From contig CM074804.1 of NCBI GenBank assembly GCA_037447605.1, positions 2,976,001 through 3,040,000 of the forward strand: a DNA stretch of 64,000 bases. Reading direction: 5' to 3'. Source of the DNA: Zygnema circumcarinatum SAG 698-1b (lineage: Eukaryota; Plantae; Zygnematophyceae). Positions 58,381 to 64,000 of the stretch are shown here, one piece after another (the stretch's first letter is position 1; the number at the start of each line of letters is the position of its first letter). The notes beneath the pieces are model-generated. The model was not told the DNA's origin. It worked only from the letters and a program-made list of their open reading frames with translations, and ran no database searches. Made by a program: the position numbers and the translations under genes.

Positions 58381-59585
58381 ATTTTCGAAGAAAGCCGAAG
58401 AATTCTACTGCACCCCCTATTTTGGCTTTCGCACCCCCCTTTTGAAAATTTTGCCTGCCCGTTTTGGTTGCCTGCCCGTTTTGGTTACCCCCCCTGTTTT
58501 GACTATTTCGGGAGGGAATCGTTTTCCCGTCCCCTCCCCTCCGCTCCCCTCCCCTCCCTTGCCCTGTCCTCCTCGGCCCTCCCCTCCCGCCCGCTCCCCT
58601 CCCCTCCCCCCCTCCCCCCCTCCTTCCCCTACCCTGTCCTCCCCGGCCCTCCCCTCTCGCCCACTCCCCTCCCCTCCCCTCCCTTCCCCTCCCCTGGTCT
58701 GCCCTCCCGTGCCCTCCCCACCTCTTTTTTTGGATATTCCACCCCCCTGTTTTCTCCTTTTCACTACTAACTTCCAACATTGTGCGAAAAAAGAAAAGGG
58801 GATTTGCATTGATCTCAATATGGTGAGGCCATCAAATGAACATGGACGAAGTCAACATGGGAACCACAGGAAACTGGTCGCAAATGAACTAAGCACAAAA
58901 TAATAAAAAACTATGAGTAAAAAACTAAACTAAACTAAGCTTAAGCGCAAAAACGCAGCCCTAAACGCAGCTGTAAAGGTTACCGATGTGGAGCAACTGT
59001 TACTCTTTGTTTTCAGGTTAGGATTGTAGACCCCCTAATTAGGCAAGATCTTAAGTTGTGGCCTGGTTGCTTGCAATTGAAACATTTTTTCCCCTCAGCG
59101 TACTCGAAACGGCTCTTGTCCCGGCTGATTGCCAAACTGCGCGCTAGTAAGTCGACCTCGTTTCTTCATAACCGGGTGGGGGTTTTGCAATTGCAATGGT
59201 TCGGCAGCCAAAAGTTCATCTACCTGAGATTCAAGGACCAACGCTTCTGAAGAATGGTTTGCAAACAACCTACTTGTTAATGCCTTGATTGTCATTGTCC
59301 GTCGTGATAACGATGATCCAACTTCAGCGGGAGGGGAGGGCCGAGGAGGACAGGGAAGGGGAGGGGACGGGAGGGGAAGGGACGGGAGGGGAAGGGACGG
59401 GAGGGGAAGGGACGGGAGGGGACGGGAGGGGACGGGAGGGGAAGGGACGGGAGGGGCGGGAAAAAGATTCCCTCCCGAAATATTCAAAACAGGGGGGGTA
59501 ACCAAAACGGGCAGGCAAAATTTTCACAAGGAGGGTGCGAAAGCCAAAATAGGGGTGTGCAGTAGAATTCTCCCTCCAAAATTAG
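58381..59585. mobile_element. ~1.2-kb long-inverted-repeat (foldback/MULE-like) element
   Basis: 58400-58590 is the reverse complement of 59327-59571 (AGAATTCTACTGCAC..TATTTTGGCTTTCGCACC..GCCTGCCCGTTTTGGTTACCCCCCCTGTTTTGA..TCGGGAGGGAATC.. followed by C-rich pentamer repeats). No TSD resolved. Confidence 0.6.
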
Positions 59586-60455
59586 CGTACGTACCTTCCA
59601 TGGCAGGAATCCTTAATCAAAACTGTTATTTTCCTTAAAAGTCAAGAAAATCTCTGGCTTTTTGGCCCAACCGCAAAAGACGAGTGTAAAGTCAGTCCGT
59701 ACGGAGGGCGGGAGCCGAAAAAGAATGCTGACGCATGTCGGTGGAGGGTTTTGGAGGCTGCGGATGCGACACGCTCGTGCCGCCCACCGGGGCGGGCTCG
59801 CAGCCAATCATTGCAGGACCTCGATAAAGTGGCAGACTCGACAATGTCAAGCCTATTTTATAACTTTATTGAGGCGCATCTCGGCGGCGGCAAGATTCGG
59901 CGGACCCGACCGTCCACCACGCGCGTGAAATATTCGGAAATTGTACGGACGCGCTGCACCGACAACATCGCACGTGTGAATCGAGGACAGGCGTACGTCC
60001 GGGGCCACGTGGCGGCACCGCGTTGACTGGCCGGGGCTGGGCGGGCGTTCTATGGCGCGGTGTTCCACACGGAGCGAGGACGTACTCGCCGTTTTACTGG
60101 ATGTGGAGCAGCGATGCTTTATTTCGTACATGTGGAAGGGAGGTCCTGGATCCCCTGCATACGGAAGTTTGGTGAAGTCAAAGCATATTCAGAAGGTTCT
60201 GCTGGCTGCAGGCAGCGGCTGCAGGAAGGAGGGGGGCGCATTCAGGCAGCGATTGCTATTGCATTTATAACATTGCAATGTTAACAAAACTTTCAGTATT
60301 GTCAAACTCATGCGTTGAATGATTCGTGGAGCAGAGAGCATAAAGCGGAGTGACACACTGGTTGAGCGCGTCTTTGCAGGCCTGAGATTAGGGTTTCTAG
60401 CAAGCTTGCAGGGTAAGCTTTTTTCAGGAAGAACTCCTCTTTGAAGAAGGGGGGC

Positions 60456-63400
60456 ATGGCGTCATCCAATGACGCCATGAATGCAGAAATAACCTTTGAA
60501 GCCCTGGACTCCCTGCTAGTAGGAGGCGACGACTGGATCTCTAATCTTCTGGAGGACTGTTCGGATGTGTTGCAATACGGCAGTGATAACGTCTCCAGTG
60601 ACGTTTCACCCCAGTTGGCGTTTCCATGCGAGATGGATCTTGAAGCACATGGAAACGGAGATCTTTCTCCTTCAACGAGCGGCAGCGCTCCTCCCTGCAG
60701 CACTCTGACATCGCCGGAGCATGCAGGGAAGGAATCGGTTGCAGGTTTGGAACCGCTGGAGATGATGAATGCAGAAATGTTTGCGGACGTGCCAAGCGCA
60801 GGAGGAGACACAACTTTAGATTCCACGTTCGCTCGCTTTAGTTGCAGGGTTGACGTCGTAGAACGGGGAACCTCGGGGCCATGCAACGCAACAGATAGCG
60901 GCTCCAAAATCTCTATAGTGGGCCGAAGTCCGGTGTTTTCAACGCGCGAATTGCCTCGCTCTGAAGAGTTTGGAGAGAGCGCAATGAGGCAGAGAGCACA
61001 AGTAGAGAGGGGCGAAGAGGTGGCCCTCGAGCCGGTAATCAGGCACCAGGGAGAAGTTTTTTTTAAAAGTTGCACGAATGTGTATTATGATTGTGACATT
61101 GCGGACATTAAACCGGAAGGCATTCTCCTAGAGAGCTGTAATGGGTCTGCTGTTGAGGTGACAAGCAGTGGAGGCTTATCTTGCAATGAAAACGGCGGCT
61201 CGGATTCAGGACCACAAAATTCAGCTGCCGGAGGGGGGAAGAAGTCTCGCAAGAAAGGTGGGGACGATGGACGGGTGACGGTTGCAGACGGGAATGTGAA
61301 GGAGGAAGGTCACAGTGATGGAAGCGATGGTTGTAATGGAGATATGGACGCAGAGAAGAAGCAGGCGCGGTTGGTGCGGAACAGGGAGAGTGCACAGCTA
61401 TCACGGCAAAGGAAGAAGGTGCAATACCGTTTGACAAGTTGCCCTTAATGCATAATCTAAGATGGACCTCACTTCTGGACTTGCAGACAGTTGGCTTTTA
61501 TTTTACTGTTTCTCAGGGGTGTCAATCATTAGAGGGCGTCGTATAAGGTTGTTCCAGAAAGGAAAGCAAGGGCGAAGGAAGGTTGGGCGAAATTTCCCCT
61601 CTTGCCGTTTTTGACGAAGGAGATTCGTTGGTTGGTGTTTGTCCTCCCCCAAGCACAATACGGCAAACCAAGTTTAGACAGTAGAACCTGCTGAACGCAC
61701 TGCTGATGATGCTCAATTGTGAGGTTCTTGTTTTTCCTTTAGGGGATTGTATTGTTGTTGACACTTCTGCCGACTTTTGCAATTGCAGTACTATGTGGAT
61801 GAGCTGGAGAGTCGATTAAGGACGATGCAGGCGACTGTAGCAGAGCTGAACACAACAATTTCTCACCTCACTTCTGAAAATGTTAATCTTCGACGGCGCC
61901 TTGCACTTTATTGCTCACCAGCTGGTGTATCAGGAGGAAGACATGTTGGACCCCCAATGATGCCTCTGTCCAATGGCATGGCTGGAGCTTATGGGCTTTA
62001 CGGCATGCCTTCAATGGGGCTGCCAGGAGCTGTGCCTTCAGTTGCCATTCCGCGGTTGAAAGCAAATAGAAACCTCACAGCAGGAAAGGGTGCTAAAAGG
62101 TCGAAGGCATCTGCAGCTGCAGAGAAAGATGAGAGGGGAAAATCCAGGAAACGCATAAAGTCTGCGGCAGGGGGTGCGGGTGTGGTAGCACTGGCGTTGT
62201 TTTGCTTTGCTATGGTATTCGGGCCTTTGCAAAGTGTGGATGACATTAGACAAGAGGGCGCTTTCAGTGTAGTCAGCCTTTGGGAAGGTTCTAGGTCGTT
62301 GGGAAGTCAGACTGCACAGTTTTTAGGGGGTGGGCGTGGAGGAGGACGGGTTTTGATGTCTATTGAGGAGCCCCAACAATGGGCAAACGAGACTTTTGGG
62401 ATGAAGGACGGAAACGGAAGTATTTGGGAAAAGAGTAATCTGAATGATGGTCACGAAAAGCTTCCATACACCCCTGCAAACAGAAAGAGTGGCGAATGGA
62501 GAGAAGGTGGGAGCGCCTTCGACAAGGAAAAGGCTCCTAGACAGACTCTGACTGAAGCTTTGCCTGTTCCGGCTTCGCTTTTTGTTCCCCGAAATGACCA
62601 ATTGGTGAAGATCGACGGAAATTTGATCATTCGGGCCATCATGGCGGGAGACAAAGCAGCTTCTTTGGTCACTAGAAACACAGAGCAGGAGGAATCTGTG
62701 AAGCCTAGAGAAGAGGAATATGATGTAGGAAAGAACGCATTGAAAGCAGTGGAGATACAGCAGTTGAAAGCCATGGCTATGTTGGCTCTGGGGGGCAGCA
62801 AGGGCCGTGTGGAAGCTCTGCCATCCGCAAGCAAGTTGGCGGAATCAAATGAGGTGGAGGGAAAGCAAGGGGGACAGTGGTTCCTTGGAGGAGTTGCAGG
62901 TAATGAACTTCTATGCTTAATTAGATGTTGGCGATAATGTATGTCTGCCTTTCATCGTAGTTCTCGCCAACTCAGTCTTCTTCCTTTCCCTCCTCTTCTT
63001 TATGGCCAGCTTTTCTCAACAATTGCTTTTCAGCTGACCATGACCTGGTCCATTAAACAATGTTGTTTGTGCTATGTGCAGGACCTATTTTGGGCTCCGA
63101 GAAATGCTTTGAGGTTTTTCGATTTGAGAAGTACCCTAACGCTCCCGTGAGGGCTGCAGAAGCAGAGGACTCGCACTCACACGATCCTCACAATAGCAGC
63201 CATGTCGCAGGAAACGATCCTGTTGTAGTCGAGGAGGTCCAGGGGAGGCTGGGTGGGAGGAGACTGGGCCGCAGGAGGTACTCAGCAGCCGTACCTCTCC
63301 CTCCCGTTGCTTCAAAGAATGAGTCCGTTTCTAGTGTGAAGGAAAGCCATGACATGATTCGGAACTGTGATGGGGATGGTCCCTGTAGGAAGGAGAAGAG

Positions 63401-63614
63401 GCATAAGTCTATGGTTGTCTCTGTTCTGGCGAGCCCCTTTGAAGCCGCAGATCACAGAGAACCAAGCGAAGATCGGCCAAGGGATGAGGGCCAAGCAAGA
63501 AGTAGTATTTCGCGAATTTTTGTGGTAGTCCTCGTGAATGGAGTCAAGTACATAACCTACTCCTGCATGCTGCCCACGCTGGGAGCGGGAAGTACTTCTT
63601 TGTCGCAGACCTGA
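60456..63614 (+). CDS. Membrane-tethered ER-stress bZIP transcription factor, bZIP17/28/49 group (~868 aa)
   Basis: Exons 60456-61418, 61789-62899, 63082-63614. Basic region KKQARLVRNRESAQLSRQRKKYYVDELESRLR. TM segment GVVALALFCFAMVFGPL. Luminal motifs GRVLM, SLFVPRNDQLVKIDGNLIIRAIMAGDKA, C.EVFRFE and IFVVVLVNGVKYITYSCMLP. Confidence 0.93.
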
Positions 63615-64000
63615 GACCTCGACCGGCTGCTTTGGAGGAAGCAGGCTGGAAGACGCTTCGAAGGGGAATTTTTGCTTCATGTAGTGCGGATTTTGAATGG
63701 CCCTGGTTGTAAAGTAAAGGACTGAAGCTTTATGCGTCCTTTGTTGACCTTATCAAATGTAGCGGCATTTTCGAACCCGGTCGCTAGTTACTGTGACTTG
63801 GACTTTGACAGAGAGCTCTGCTTTTCTAAGTTGTAATCTAATCCGATATTGCAATGCTGTCAGGGGGTTGGGATTTAGGGGTCAGAGCAATTTCTTATGT
63901 CCGAATTCACCATGTGGCTCTAAATGCTGCAGTTTCGCCACTTGCCTTTGTGAAGTGCTGGTATGTGATTCCATGTCTGCAGACACAACACAAAAAAAAG

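Noticed and set aside
60052-60427. 72-aa uORF and a 15-nt GTAAG...TTTCAG mini-intron before the bZIP ATG
   Set aside because: The TSS is unknown, I recall no conserved-peptide uORF for this bZIP group, and 15 nt is below spliceosomal intron size.
60308-61075. 255-aa minus-strand ORF
   Set aside because: Antisense shadow of bZIP exon 1.

Overview
Intron-rich eukaryotic nuclear DNA from a green streptophyte. GT-AG introns with (T)GCAG acceptors, streptophyte-type LHCB5/LHCB7 and a nuclear MurA point to a streptophyte alga such as a desmid like Closterium; this is inference. I reconstructed 14 gene models by hand from splice sites and reading-frame phase. They are: three tandem CCR/DFR-like NAD(P)-dependent reductases (the first 5'-truncated), a HAD hydrolase, two tandem secreted fungal/CPAF-type S41 peptidases, LHCB7, a TPR gene with a frame break, an R3H-SUZ gene, LHCB5 (CP26), MurA, a plant-conserved WD40-like gene, an NTMC2T6-like SMP/C2 protein and a bZIP17/28-like membrane-bound transcription factor. 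Non-coding structure includes several MITE-like elements (one hAT-type with an 8-bp TSD and a paralogous empty site), a 1.2-kb long-inverted-repeat element and a 1.3-kb intronic polypurine expansion. Six 10-N gaps sit at homopolymer or low-complexity runs, and an exact 1453-bp duplicate is most likely an assembly artefact. The two most interesting signals are the tandem S41 pair (W-box cluster, gene-conversion tract, divergent active-site loop) and seven GTGATGCAG motifs spaced at about 21 bp just upstream of LHCB5. No rRNA, tRNA or CRISPR array is supported. Homology statements come from recalled family motifs, not database searches.
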